This document shows positions 8,742-20,000 of a DNA stretch of 20,000 nucleotides, one piece after another. The DNA lies in NCBI GenBank assembly GCA_022813865.1, contig JALDZX010000023.1, forward strand, positions 307,375-327,374, written 5' to 3'. A program made the translations under genes and the position numbers. How positions within the stretch are numbered: position 1 is the stretch's first letter; every line of letters begins with the position of its first letter. The notes below the pieces were generated by a model. The model did no database searches. It worked only from the letters and a program-made list of their open reading frames with translations, and was not told the DNA's origin. This DNA comes from Xylographa opegraphella. Its lineage: Eukaryota.

Positions 8742-11129
8742 TCACAGGACCCATCCTTCATCATCCCTCGGAGCCTGCCTAGGCTTCGTCCTCCTGGAAG
8801 CCCACCAAGTCCTTTCGGCCATGGCGGTCGCGATGTGCGCTTTTCCAGCAAGTTTGCTCCGTGGACGTCTGCCCCGGGTGCCTTTCCACAGCCGACCAAG
8901 GCTGCCGATCCTCAGGAGCGCGTACAATGGTAGATACCACTCCGAGGGCCGCACGCTTTCGTGTTTGGGCTTGAAGACTTCAAAGCGCTTCCCGCGCTCA
9001 CGCCACGGTGCCGCGTCATCGGACTTCATGGCGCGGATGAGGTGCCGTTTCTGAGAATTGTAGAGCGCGTGTGAGCTTTGGACGATGGTGTTTATGTTCA
9101 AGACCACGAGATAAGTGGCAATCCCGACGGAGAGAATTGTTGGTAGCAAAGCGTTGGAAGGTTGGGTTGTAGAAAAGAGTGACTGCCGGTAAAAGCGTCA
9201 GTGGAGCCTTTGTGATCGCATCCGATGCTAGAACCTGTACATACGGCGTTTCGATATGGTACGGGAATCCTGGTGGCCGTGGAGGCCAACAGAAAAAGAA
9301 CGGACAGGCACTTACCGTGCAAAAAGACAACGGTAGAAAAAATATGCTGACAAAGGTTAATAACTTGACGTTCTCGCCAAGCCGAGTCGACGCTCTGCTC
9401 TCGATGACGGCGCTCGCATTGAAAAGCTGCACGCGTAAGCATAAGAGTAGACTTTGGGACCGAGAGTACTCACTGCATCACGGAGAGCTATCGTAGATGC
9501 AAGCTTCTGTCTGAAGTATTGCCGCTGATTCTCGAGAACCCGACATTGCTGTTCAGCAACTCGGTATTGCACCAGATCGAGCTCCGACAATGCGTTGCCC
9601 CGAAGCAAGATCTCGATACGAGCTTTCTTCCAGAGAGTCCATTGAGTGAGATTGTCCGTAATACTGATCTCGAACTCGGATAGACAGTCAATCGCCCAGA
9701 AGTATCTTCGGGATCTTGAAAAGGCTCCGTCATCAAAGAGCAAGTTATCATGCTGTGCCGGCTGCATCAATGAGTCCCCGCTGTCAAGGATATACTCAAA
9801 GAAGGTTTGGAAATCGGTCCATCTATCGCTGATTCTTTGCAACCCTTGTCCTATCAAGTTCATTTCAGCACCAAGCTTCGTCAAACGGCCAACGAAGTGA
9901 CCTGAGATATGTTTGTCCTCAGCAGAGATTGCGGTCATTGGGAAAGAAGTGTTACTTTGATCGAAGAAATGCCCTGGGCAAAGAATTAGTATGGTCCAGT
10001 GGCCTACCGTAGAATGGATATCCACGCCAAGCTCCGTGCTTGTGTGCGCTGAAGAAAGACCGTACAGCTATCCTTTGCTCAGCGTGCCTCGAAGGACTTG
10101 TGGGGGCGCCGACTTACTGTATAGGAGCATTTCCTGAATGAGCGTTCCAAGGGATCGTCGTACAGAGGTCCATGTCGCCAAAGCTCGTGATAGTATCTCG
10201 GCTCCTTGACAATTTCGTAGAACGTGGTAGTGAACCCCAGCGTCTTATCGTTATATGGATTGACTGAGATGTTGCGGCCCTTATTCTGTAGATGAGTATT
10301 GATTGCGCTCCACAAGCCAGGATTACCGCCGGTTTGATCGAAATAGGGTATCGGTGCCTTGAAGCCTTTTACCTTCGCCGCGGTATCTGGGTTGATAGAG
10401 TCGCCAGTGGTCATGCCCTGAAACAATCTGAAAATGTTAATATTGCCACGAAGGCACATAATGTAACGCGTACATAAGTCTCGACCACGGCGCACTGGAG
10501 CTTTCAACCAGATCCGGAACCAGCAGCTCATTCCCGACGGCCTCGTCTCCCAAGCGATACAGTATGTGATGGTTCTGATGGTCAAAGTCAACAACCAGGA
10601 AGTCATTTCCTCTGCAGGTTCGCAAAGCGTTGTCGAACTCGCGCGCTGCATTCAATCTGGGCAACGAGTAGTGAGGCCGAAGTTGGTGGAAGTACTCTGC
10701 CGCAACTGGATCTCGGTTCTCCAGGAATGATTCAGACCCATATCTGGAAAAGGACAAAGGTAGGCGGCTGTCACCCGGTATCTTGCACCAGTCGCCAAGA
10801 TAAGTATGCAGGAATTTCGACAATTCATCATCGAGATGTCCATCCAGACGATCAAGATTCCAGTCCCGATACGAGATCTTATTATTCTTTTTCGAAGCTG
10901 GCGGAAAGCTGGGTTGTCTCAAAATGGGCACAATGTCTGTTTCAGAGACGGTTGCGGCATCGATGGGAACATCAAACCGTGCAGATTCATGTGTGGCAGG
11001 ATTTCCATTGACTATAGTAATCAATCGTTGAACTTGCTCATCCTGCCGTGCAAAATTGTTTTCAATCCGCTCGAGGACCGCGAGTATGCTGGCCAGAAGC
11101 GCATTGGACGGCGATTCAGAATCCGGCAT
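8742..11129 (-). CDS. Uncharacterised fungal protein with a CorA/Mg-transporter-like C-terminal two-TM region. Exons 11129-10474, 10427-10118, 10067-9474, 9426-9316, 9182-8742
   Basis: Five exons splice in frame (PWSRLI|LFQGMTTG, KCSYT|LYGLS, ALRDA|LFNAS, SFCT|SLFST). LFDDGAFSRSRRYFW, a long helical stalk and LFNASAVIESRASTRLGENVKLLTFVSIFFLPLSFCTSLFS followed by a second TM resemble fungal CorA-like C-termini. Confidence 0.82.
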
Positions 11130-11842
11130 CAAGCAGGTGGCAGCATGGATGCTCAAGTTGCCTCATAGATATATATACACTTCGAAAGCACAAGCAATAT
11201 ACAGAAGAAAAGCATACAGATCGTACGGAACATGAAATCAGGAAGGTGTCGCTGCAGTCGGAAGCACCGAGATCTTCTATCAGCCGCCTTTGTACTACTA
11301 TGCTTGTGTGGCTGTGCTGGACACCACCAATATATCTACTGCGCCTACGACTCATGCAAGAACCAGTCACAATCGACTGGATCGCTGTTCCGCTCGACAC
11401 GAGGCAAGAGCCATAAAGCTCACAGCTGTAAGTTTGACAGCGCCATGTGATTGACTTAGAATTCATTATACTGTCCGCCTTTGCTGAAAGCATGGATTGA
11501 GGTAACCACATAGAATGAAGCTGACGAACAATATTGCCTAAATACAGAAAGTATTCTTAGATTACTCTAGACACTCTCCAAGTACCCTTGAAGAATTTTT
11601 CAAGGATTCTTTACAGAGATTAAAGTATTCTCAAAGGCCCCCCAGCTCGAGTATACAGTCTAGACATCGGCCTTGGACCTTTCGACTAGATCCCAATATA
11701 GCGGCGGAAGCGCAACGCCATCCCGCATTCCACCTCAAGTTGTTGCCGCCTCCCAGCAAGTAACTAGGTCCTCAACTTTTGTTCTCTTCTAATTAGCCAT
11801 TCGGTCTTTCAACAACAATTCTTTCTTCGTGCGGTGATCACA

Positions 11843-12674
11843 ATGGCAAAGGGTGAAAACACGAAAAAGGCCGCCGGCAACGCCAAGGTAGTTTCTACTG
11901 ACTTCACTCGGTAGAATCCGCTGACCAGATTTCCCAAGAAAGCTGAAGTAGCAGCACAGAAGGCCGCAGCCGAGTCATCAAAGAAGGCTGCTTCAGAAGA
12001 TGCAGAATGGAGCAAAGGCGCCAAATCGACAGCGAAGAAGTGCGATACCCTCCCTTTCCTCAGTCTCGCTTGCCACTCTTTCATCCCCGAGCCTCCGTCC
12101 CGCTGTTCATACACAAAAGTCTGACCAATTTCTTACGTGCTCTTTGCTCTATAGGGAACAAGAGGCTGCCAAACGTGAAGAAGCAGCCCGTAAGAAGGCT
12201 GAGAAAGATGCACTTCTTGCCGAAGAAGAGAAAAACGCTCGTGCCGCCCCCAAAAATGCCAAAACTGCCGTGAAGAAAACGAATCGCGGTCTCGACCTCT
12301 CCCAGCTCGACGATGAAACCCCTAGTACAAAAGCGGCACCCGCCCTCAACGCCTCGAACATAGACGATGCCCTCGACGCCCTATCGATCACGACCGGAAA
12401 CCCCAACGCCCAGCAGGTCGACCGACATCCGGAAAGGAGATTCAAGGCCGCGTATGCAGCCTACGAAGCAAGGAGGCTGCCCGAATTGGAGACCGAGATG
12501 AAAGGACTGCGAAGACAGCAGCGCATGGAGGTTGTGCGGAAGGAGTTCGAGAAAAGCCCGGAAAACCCGTTCAATCAGGTCAGCGCAAGGTTCGACAGTA
12601 CAAAGGATGAGGTGCGGCAAATAAAGGCGGACGTGAAGAACAGCGTGGAGGGAAGACTGGGGAGCGGATCTTGA
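11843..12674 (+). CDS. Lso2/CCDC124/Oxs1-family (DUF1014) protein. Exons 11843-11887, 11939-12039, 12155-12674
   Basis: MAKGENTKKAAGNAK|KAE...EDAEWSKGAK, a charged coiled coil, ASNIDDALDAL, VDRHPERRFKAAYAAYE..RLP and F.KSPENPFNQ are the conserved CCDC124 motifs. Confidence 0.93.
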
Positions 12675-13565
12675 GCGAATCTCGAGCGAGTCCAAGGCGA
12701 GGATCAGTATTCAACAGCAGTAATGGTTCCTGGATAACCAGAAAGCACCGTTCCATGCGGGGAGAACCATGAGAACGTGTTGTTTGGGAGAGGTGGGTGG
12801 TACGGCCATATATAGACTGCATGATTCTATCGCGACGGCAGTATTTCTCTAACCGACGTCGGATCTGGTACCTCGATAATCATCCTCTTGCGTCTGTGCT
12901 GAAGGGTGTGGTACGCTTCTAGTACTTGACATGAGGCTCTTTTACCTCAGCTACCAACTCTAGCTATGCACGAATGCCAATGAATTGGTGAGACGCAACC
13001 GTGGGGGGCGAATATGCAGGTAGCCGTGGCAGAGCGATACATATGGTATCAACCTCCTATACAATGCCAAATGCAGTTTAATTACAGAATAAATATCATT
13101 ACGCTTACACATATATGTCAAATTCTTCTTACAGCGCTATTACGCCTGTTGGAATGCCACACTGCATGCCTATCACCGTTTTCATTGGTTGAGACGAGAG
13201 AAAACTGGAAGGTCACATTATTTCATTCTGCACCTAGCCGGTTCGTAATCGTGGTATGCAACATCGTATTGCCACATGTTGGTTTTAGACAGACTGCTCT
13301 CAACAAATGGCACGGGAGAAGCGAGAGTATTGTGAAGTTATATCATAATGACTATAAAGTCTCTGAAATGACCATCTATGGATCTTAACCTGCACCCTGA
13401 CACTTTTGATCCATTATGCAAGATGATGATGATACAGCGGCAACAGATCTGCTAGTAGAGCTAGATGCCTCCGGAGTGTTCCGCGAAACTGCGAATTAGG
13501 TTGGATGCCGCCCGCGATGTGAAAATAAGACTCAAGATGACTACCACTTATTCGGACGCGTGATT

Positions 13566-15323
13566 CTAATCATCTGCCTTGTCTTCCAAAGACGCCTTCT
13601 TCAGATCCTCGCTGACGTCTGCTTCGGCGTCTTTCTCCTGTGCCAATTCCGCCACCGCCGATGCATCTCCATTTATGGACTGGTTCGCAGTCGCAGGTTT
13701 CTTCGCTGTGTCATGGGTTCGACGATTATTGGTTCTCGACGAAGACGAGGCGGGAGTAGGGTTCTCTTCAGCTTCGGCTTCAAGACGGTCAATTTCAGCT
13801 TGAGCTTTGGCGATATTCTGAGCTTATGTTAGCGTATTACCACTAGATCATAGAGATAAGCAGGGACTTACTTCTTTGGTCTTCTTGTCTTGGTCTTGCT
13901 TCCAGTGATCGAGTTTGGCCTTTAGCTTTTCAACAACAGCTGCCACACCAGTCTGGTTCATTGGTGGCTCTACGTTGACCTTGGCTAGCTCTTCAATAAC
14001 TCCCATACTCAGATTGTATTTGCCTTCGGTGGCCGCAGGTAGAGCGGGGGATGCTGTTCCGTTCGGTTTCCGGGCCTTCTTACCCTTCTTCCCGCCAGTG
14101 CCCATGAAGTATGTGTCGTCTCGATCTTCTTTCTTGGATACCCTGGTACCCGGAATGCTGGATTCCTCCACGGTCCGCTGAGGCTCAGCGGCAAATCCGC
14201 TTGGCCCGCGTAACGACTTTGTTGCAGCTGGTGCAGAGGGATCAAAGTACCGAATCAATCCTTCAGCCGTCAATATCTCGTCCATATATGCAGGTTCACT
14301 AGCCTCCTCCAGTTTCTTATCGGCAATTTTCCTCCGCTTTTCCTTTTGATATGCGTCGCGCTCCGCCTTTTGTCGATCCTGCTTCTGTCTCCATAGTTCC
14401 TGTTCATAATCTCGATAAGCTACCCTAGCTTTGTGGTACGCATCTTTGATGTCCCTCATTGCTGAGTATTTCGTTTGCTGATCCGCGTGTAATTTGGTTC
14501 GCTCATCGCGCAGTGAGCTCAGACTCTTATAGGCATCATCTTGCTCTGCTTTGATCTCGTCTAGGGTTTTCGCGATTTCATTGTACTTGTCGCTAAGAGC
14601 TTTTGCTTCCGGGTTGTCAAGGCTCTTCCTAAGTTCGGAGATTTGAGCCTTCACATCGTCAATCCCTTTTTGGGCTTCTTCAAAGCCAGCGAACCCTTTC
14701 TTCTGCTTTTTCAAACTCGAAATTTCTGCCAAAGCTTTCTTCTCGTCCACGAGCTTCATCATTCCGCTCTCAACCTGCTTGTCCAATCGTTGGATCTCGC
14801 GATCAACCTCTTCGACATTCTTGAATGATACACGACTTCGAGCAACTTTCTGTTCTGCTATCCGAGATTTCAATTGAGCATCGAGTGACGTGATCTTGTC
14901 TTGGATGCTACCCCTTGACGACTTGAAGCCAGATTGCTGTTGTCGAATAGAGGCAAGTTCAGCTCTGAGCTCCTGTTGTCTTTTCGCTGTTGGTGAGTCC
15001 TTATCGCGCGGCTTTGTTAGGTCTAATTTCGCCTTGATTGCGTTCTAACATGTCATATATATTAGCATGGAAGCTCAATTCTTTTGGCGGAGGACAGGGA
15101 CAATGCCAAATTCAACAGCGACTGCAGCAGGCATGCGTGGAAGCGGCAAACATACCAATTTCTCCTGTGCGGCAGCATGCTGCTTTTCCGCTTTAGTTAA
15201 CTCGGATTTGTACTTCTCCTCATCTGGCTTCTCGGGTCGTGACTTCTGGGGCTTTTCTGCAGAGTCTGCATTAGTAGTGCCCAGTGAAATGTCGATTGCC
15301 GACGGAGTTGCAACGTCAGCCAT
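13566..15323 (-). CDS. BFR1: Nuclear segregation / mRNP-polysome-associated coiled-coil protein Bfr1. Exons 15323-15156, 15044-13872, 13817-13566
   Basis: RPEKPDEEKYKSEL, V.FKNVEEVDREIQRLDKQVESGMMKLVDEKKALAEISSL, ASEPAYMDEI, YFMGTGGKKGKK and VEPPM....V..VVEKLKAK match fungal Bfr1. Introns GTATGT..TAG and GTAAGT..CTAAC..CAG. Confidence 0.9.
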
Positions 15324-15645
15324 AAGGAGGAATTCGGGTGAGGTCTGTAAGGAGCGGTTGTTGTTGAGTGAGAAAGAAGTTGTGATTGAAGCGCTATGGC
15401 ATTGTAGGGCTGGTATTCGGGTTATTGTTGAATCCACAAGTAAAGAAATAATAACTCATGCTCTTAAAGAATTTCGCAGATGATGGGCGTGGGGAAGGCG
15501 TTCGAAGCTAAATCATACGGAAAGCTTAGTCCGAGAACCCTGTACCACTAGCGGTATTTTTTCAAACTTACTGGAGAAAGCAGTTTTGCTTGTCCGCTTC
15601 ACCCTCACAACTCCTCTTCCAGGCTTCATACCCCTCGTCCGGATC
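15324..15645. promoter_or_regulatory. Compact divergent (bidirectional) promoter region shared by BFR1 and RPB5
   Basis: The two start codons are head-to-head and separated by only 322 bp. Confidence 0.6.
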
Positions 15646-16455
15646 ATGTCTGCCATGGATCTTGACGAGAGACGGAACGACCCCGAGACTGAGCGAGAGC
15701 AAGTCCGCTTATGGCGAGCATGGCGCACAATACACGAAATGTGCCAGGACAGAGTGAATGCGCCTGGCTTTCTACCAGCGGTCAAGATACTGATAGGACT
15801 TGTCTAGGGCTATGAACTATCAGAAGATGAAGTTCGTATATCCCTGGAAGACTTTCGCGCTCAGTATTGCAACGACAATGCCCCAATGTAGGTGACTCGT
15901 ACACACCATACTGAACACAATCAAGCAGCGGCTAAGACTTAGAAAAGACGCCGGAAGCTTACCTTCCAAGCCAACCCTTCAGCACTCATGGTAGAAAAGC
16001 ATGCGTTACTCAATTCCTCAACGCCTACAGTTGGCCCCATTTGGGTCGAATTCTCGAACGACCAGTCTATCGGTGTCAAACAGATGCGGACATTCTGTCA
16101 GCATGTACATTCCAACCACTTCCATTCTGGCATCCTCGTCACTCAAACATCTGTTACGGCCGCTGCCCTCAAGATCATTCCAGCCGTGATGCCCTGCATC
16201 ATTGAAACATTCCAAGAGCAAGATCTACTTGTCAACATCACCCACCATGAGCTTGTGCCCAAGCACGTATTACTAAGTGCGGAAGAGAAGAAGAGACTTC
16301 TGGAACGATATCGCCTTAAAGAAAGTCAGCTTCCGAGAATCCAGACCGGTGATCCAGTCGCGAAATACCTTGGTCTGAGGCGCGGGCAGGTTGTGAAAAT
16401 CATACGGAAGAGCGAGACTGCCGGGCGATACGCGAGTTACAGGTGGGCAATATGA
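15646..16455 (+). CDS. RPB5: RNA polymerase I/II/III shared subunit Rpb5. Exons 15646-15753, 15808-15887, 15948-16455
   Basis: [92 protein letters not shown]. Confidence 0.98.
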
Positions 16456-17414
16456 GGATAGGGTCAAATCGATTCATTGGCGTTTTTTTGGCGGGTTGTC
16501 TATTATCGCCTAGGGGCAGCATACCACGTGAGGTTACGGTCCAAAATGGTGAGGTTGATCACTATTGGAGGGGAGTTGAAGCATCTCGCCCGTGGTGTAG
16601 GTGGAATGAGAGAGGCCTGCAATAGCACGCAATTCTGAGACTACTCGGGGTCAGGAATAGAGGACGCTTGGTGTAGTCCTCAGCTAGCATGCACATCACC
16701 TGCAATACCATTGTCCGTGAAAGTATTTGGAACTAGTACTGGCTCATTGAATTCGTATCGAGCACATACCCCTTTTAGCTATTGTCACCAACAGTCTGGT
16801 TATATACTCCTGCCCGATTTGCTTTCTTTGCATCTGTCTTCACTTTACAGCATTCCTCGGTATTAAGTCATTTATCCAGACCTTTCATAATCTGCCATTG
16901 TGGAAAGACTATGTCTAATGACTACACGAGATAAGACAACATCATATTATTTAATTCAAGACTCCTGGCGCTACAACCTTCACAACCAGGTCTATGATAA
17001 GTTATTGTTAAAAATCAATTCGTAGCCGCTATCGTCACACATTATGGTCGGTCGGTCCAGGGCCGCCGGGTAATTATATATTGGTGGAGGATACGTGTAG
17101 GTGTGGGGTCGAGATGCAGCACAAACTCTGCTGCGGTTCCCCAAAGCTGTGGTTGCGCGGAGCCTTTGACGGGCGTGGGGCTTTGTGAGCATTAGATGTC
17201 CACACGAGTGCTTGAGTCTATAGCAATGCTATTGGTTCTTCGAATGAAGAGACACGACGGGTGGCCGTATGCTCTGAGCATTCACAAATGGACCGATGTC
17301 ATGGTCTACCCTGATACATCTCGTGAGATGACTCTCAAGCGTCGTAAGATATTCTTGCGAGCTAAGCAGAAAGAAGGTGGAATGGGCCACGCAAATGGCG
17401 TCTATTTCTCTTTG

Positions 17415-18982
17415 TCAGGAGTGCACGCCTCGAGTAGCAGGCAACGAGGGACCGGATGTTGATGCTGGCGCACTGAGTAGTCCTCCCACGTCTTCGAGCA
17501 AGTTTCGAGCACCATGAGGAGACCTTTGCCTCCCTGGAGTATTATGCATCAGTGGCCGTAAGGAGTATGTTGCGCTCGATGGATCAGATACGGAGATCGA
17601 GCTTGTTCTTCGTGGTACATCGTCACCAAGCAGGCCCCCCACATCAAAGAATGACATCCGACGGGGAGTCAATACCGAAACATCGCGAGGACTTGGGGGA
17701 TCTTCCCTGGAGATGTGAGTTATCTTGAGATCCGTTTCATCAGATTCCACCGAGTGCCGTTCAGGGAATGTCCAGTTCGGCTGTGCTGGTGATATTATTC
17801 TTGAAGGGGAATTGAGAGGGAGAACAGCAGGCGCAGGTCTGGCACAATTGGACCTTTGACCAGAGAATTCAGGCCCAAGCCGTATTCCCAGATCTCCAAC
17901 CAGGTCGCTATCACTACCCCAGCTCAATGCAGCCCTGGGGCGGTTTGATGCGGTATTAGGACGATCAAGGGCACTCCCCCCACCCGTACTGCCGAACTTG
18001 AACTTCGGCTTTTTGGCACCACGGTCTCTTACGAAGGAGCCGAGTACGAGTGCGTTCGAAACGGCAGCCGCAGCGAGAATTTCGATGGAGGCCAAAAGGG
18101 AACGGAAAGGTTGATCTGAATGACGCTCGATCGTTGCGTACACCCGGTAGATAGTGATTGCGACAAGGATTAATGAAAGGCCGAAAAGCAGGACAAGATG
18201 GATTTTCCTACACATGTCAGAAAAGATTCGGGCAACGGCGAATCACTGGGTACCTACCGCTTCAGCCGCATGTTGGACATCAGAACAATGGGAATCGGAA
18301 AACACACAAGAGCCAGATCGGTGATGCTGTCGGCCACGCCCATGGTCAACAACTGAGCATAGCCTTGACGACAATGAGGACCGGGATCCGGCACTACTTG
18401 CCAATAATGGGAAAAGGGCTGGCATTCGGAAAGAGTAGCGGTGACGACTCCGAGGAAGGTGACGAGTAGAAACCACCTAATGATCTGAAAACCGATCTCG
18501 TATGATCTCTTCCACACCCCTTTGTATAAACGTTTGAGGAACTCGGAGATGGTGAGTTTCGCGATCCAAAGGCTGAACGCTCTGATCAGCAAACAGCCTT
18601 ACAACGTCTCTGCAGGGTCTACCCACAATGCAGCATAGAAAATACGCGCGGCCAAGACCAGCTTACTCCCAATCTCTCGATGATGTATATCGTCGGCCGA
18701 GAGTCCGGTCGTGATCGCATTGTTCGTCCCCCATCGCAAAACCAGGTGAACGAAAGCCATGCGTCCCATCAACGGTATAATGCTCCAAGCCATAATCCTA
18801 TCCTCCATGAACAGTTTTTCCGTCCTCACATAGCGACCGCAAAGGCGGACAATAATGATGACCAGTGCAAAGCCGGTGCACCACCATGACACAAGTAGCG
18901 TGGGGTTATCCTGGATCGAGTTCTGCGCTGGAGGTGGATCTGAGTAGATTTGACGAGACATCAAAGTCCGAGGAATAAACAT
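17415..18982 (-). CDS. PTH11-like (fungal rhodopsin-domain) integral membrane protein, no CFEM. Exons 18982-18627, 18572-18258, 18207-17415
   Basis: NPTLLVSWWCT, R..GRYVRTEKLFMED, IGSKLVLAARIFYAAF|LWIAK, ECQPFSHYWQVVPDPGPHCRQG, ITDLALV.FPIP and EILAAAAVSNALVLGSFVRDRG. Ser/Pro-rich tail. Confidence 0.92.
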
Positions 18983-19470
18983 GGCCGGCAGCGATCAAGC
19001 AGCCACCCTCCACAGGAGGGTGAGTAGATGTAGGGACAAATCAACGCAGTGAGGCTATCGAAATCTCGCGCTCAGGTTTCGCATAGGATATTGTATTCGC
19101 CATGGTAGTGAAATGGCGGGCGCTTGAACCATGCTCAAGTCAAGATAATCGCAGCGTTCCGGTTGTCAGAGTTGAGATTCGAGTTAATCGATAGCTTGTA
19201 CGATGCGCAACAGAGAAACCTTCGAGAGTGCTGTCAACCAACGAGTAGAGTCAAGGTTGGAGGGCGAGAGAGGCCAAGAATACGACGACGGAAGGCTTAG
19301 ATAGAAAGCGTGGGATGAACAGTCGAGCGATTGGACTCACTAGCGACTCGAGACCCAGTCCCCAAGATAAGTGAGCCGGGGCCAAGGCCGATGACCCCCA
19401 AATGGGTCACCGGGACGTGGCTGCAGGTTGTCTTTTGCGGCGGTCGTCGGGGCTCAGTGCCAAAAGCAAC

Positions 19471-19546
19471 CATGTCGGCCAACCGGTTGGAGCGGCGGCG
19501 GGGCGAGACATGTCGGCCAACCGGTTGGAGCGGCGGCGGGGCGAGA
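19471..19546. repeat. Perfect 2 x 38-bp tandem duplication containing the 12-bp palindrome CCAACCGGTTGG
   Basis: CATGTCGGCCAACCGGTTGGAGCGGCGGCGGGGCGAGA occurs at 19471-19508 and again at 19509-19546. Confidence 0.95.
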
Positions 19547-19736
19547 TGGCGGAGAGATATCCATGCAGCGTGTGACTGGTGCATGATTCGGTAAACCATC
19601 CCGAGCGTTTACCTTGTGAAGTTCCCGCGACGGGTACTGAACTTGGTCCACATCACGTTTTATCCCGGCTGCTGATCATCGGCTGCCCTCCTTCATGATT
19701 GTCTCGGTCGATGTAGCCGGGGCACAGCAGACTCGG

Positions 19737-20000
19737 GTTAGTTAAACAAATTTATTGATAAGAACGCTAAGCTACGGAAAAAAGAATTTTCCTATTTTAA
19801 ATTAATTTTTAATAAAATTCGAAAATCACGTCATCAGGTTAACTGTTAAAATTCTCACCTTTACAGGAAATCTTGGGACAGGAGAAATCTGGCCTCGAGG
19901 TTGCTTCTGTTGCTTGGCTTAGAAGCAATCGTAGTTGTTTTTGTTAATTGGTAGAAGCATCACTTGCTGGTAGGCATAAAGGAATACCTGAAGGCTAGTT
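19737..20000. other. Abrupt AT-rich segment, possible end of a degenerate mobile element extending beyond the window
   Basis: Sharp switch from GC-rich to strongly AT-rich sequence at about 19737, with AATAAA on both strands. No diagnostic TIR, LTR or protein motif is visible. Confidence 0.3.

Noticed and set aside
13014..13388. 124-aa ORF between the convergent DUF1014 and BFR1 genes
   Set aside because: AT-rich, 3'UTR-like sequence with no domain.
13420..13500. C-box-like ATGATGA, possible C/D snoRNA
   Set aside because: Part of a short (GAT)n run, with no suitably placed D box or terminal stem.
19471..19546. CRISPR-like array
   Set aside because: Two abutting copies with no spacers, in a eukaryotic context.

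Overview
Gene-dense, intron-containing genomic DNA from a filamentous ascomycete (Pezizomycotina). Nine spliced protein-coding genes can be reconstructed: NCL1/TRM4 tRNA m5C methyltransferase (5' part, - strand), a class II aldolase/adducin-family protein, the mitochondrial carnitine/acylcarnitine carrier (CRC1/acuH), two PTH11-like membrane receptors without a CFEM domain, a fungal protein with a CorA-like C-terminal transmembrane region, an Lso2/CCDC124 (DUF1014) homologue, BFR1 and RPB5. The most interesting part is the ~2 kb stretch with no credible gene between the carrier and the first PTH11-like gene (~5.05-6.9 kb). It contains TAACCCTAA (1.5 copies of the TTAGGG complement) 3 nt downstream of a G-U-rich stem-loop, enclosed by a nested series of long-range helices. 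This matches the core architecture of a Pezizomycotina telomerase RNA (core-enclosing helix, template-boundary element, template, pseudoknot). I propose it as a candidate unannotated telomerase RNA locus. The pseudoknot, CR4/5 (P6/P6.1) and 3' processing site could not be fixed by eye, and all pairings were derived by hand. Smaller observations are a perfect 38-bp tandem duplication with a palindromic core, an abrupt AT-rich boundary at the right end, a FarA-type site and several unusual splice features.
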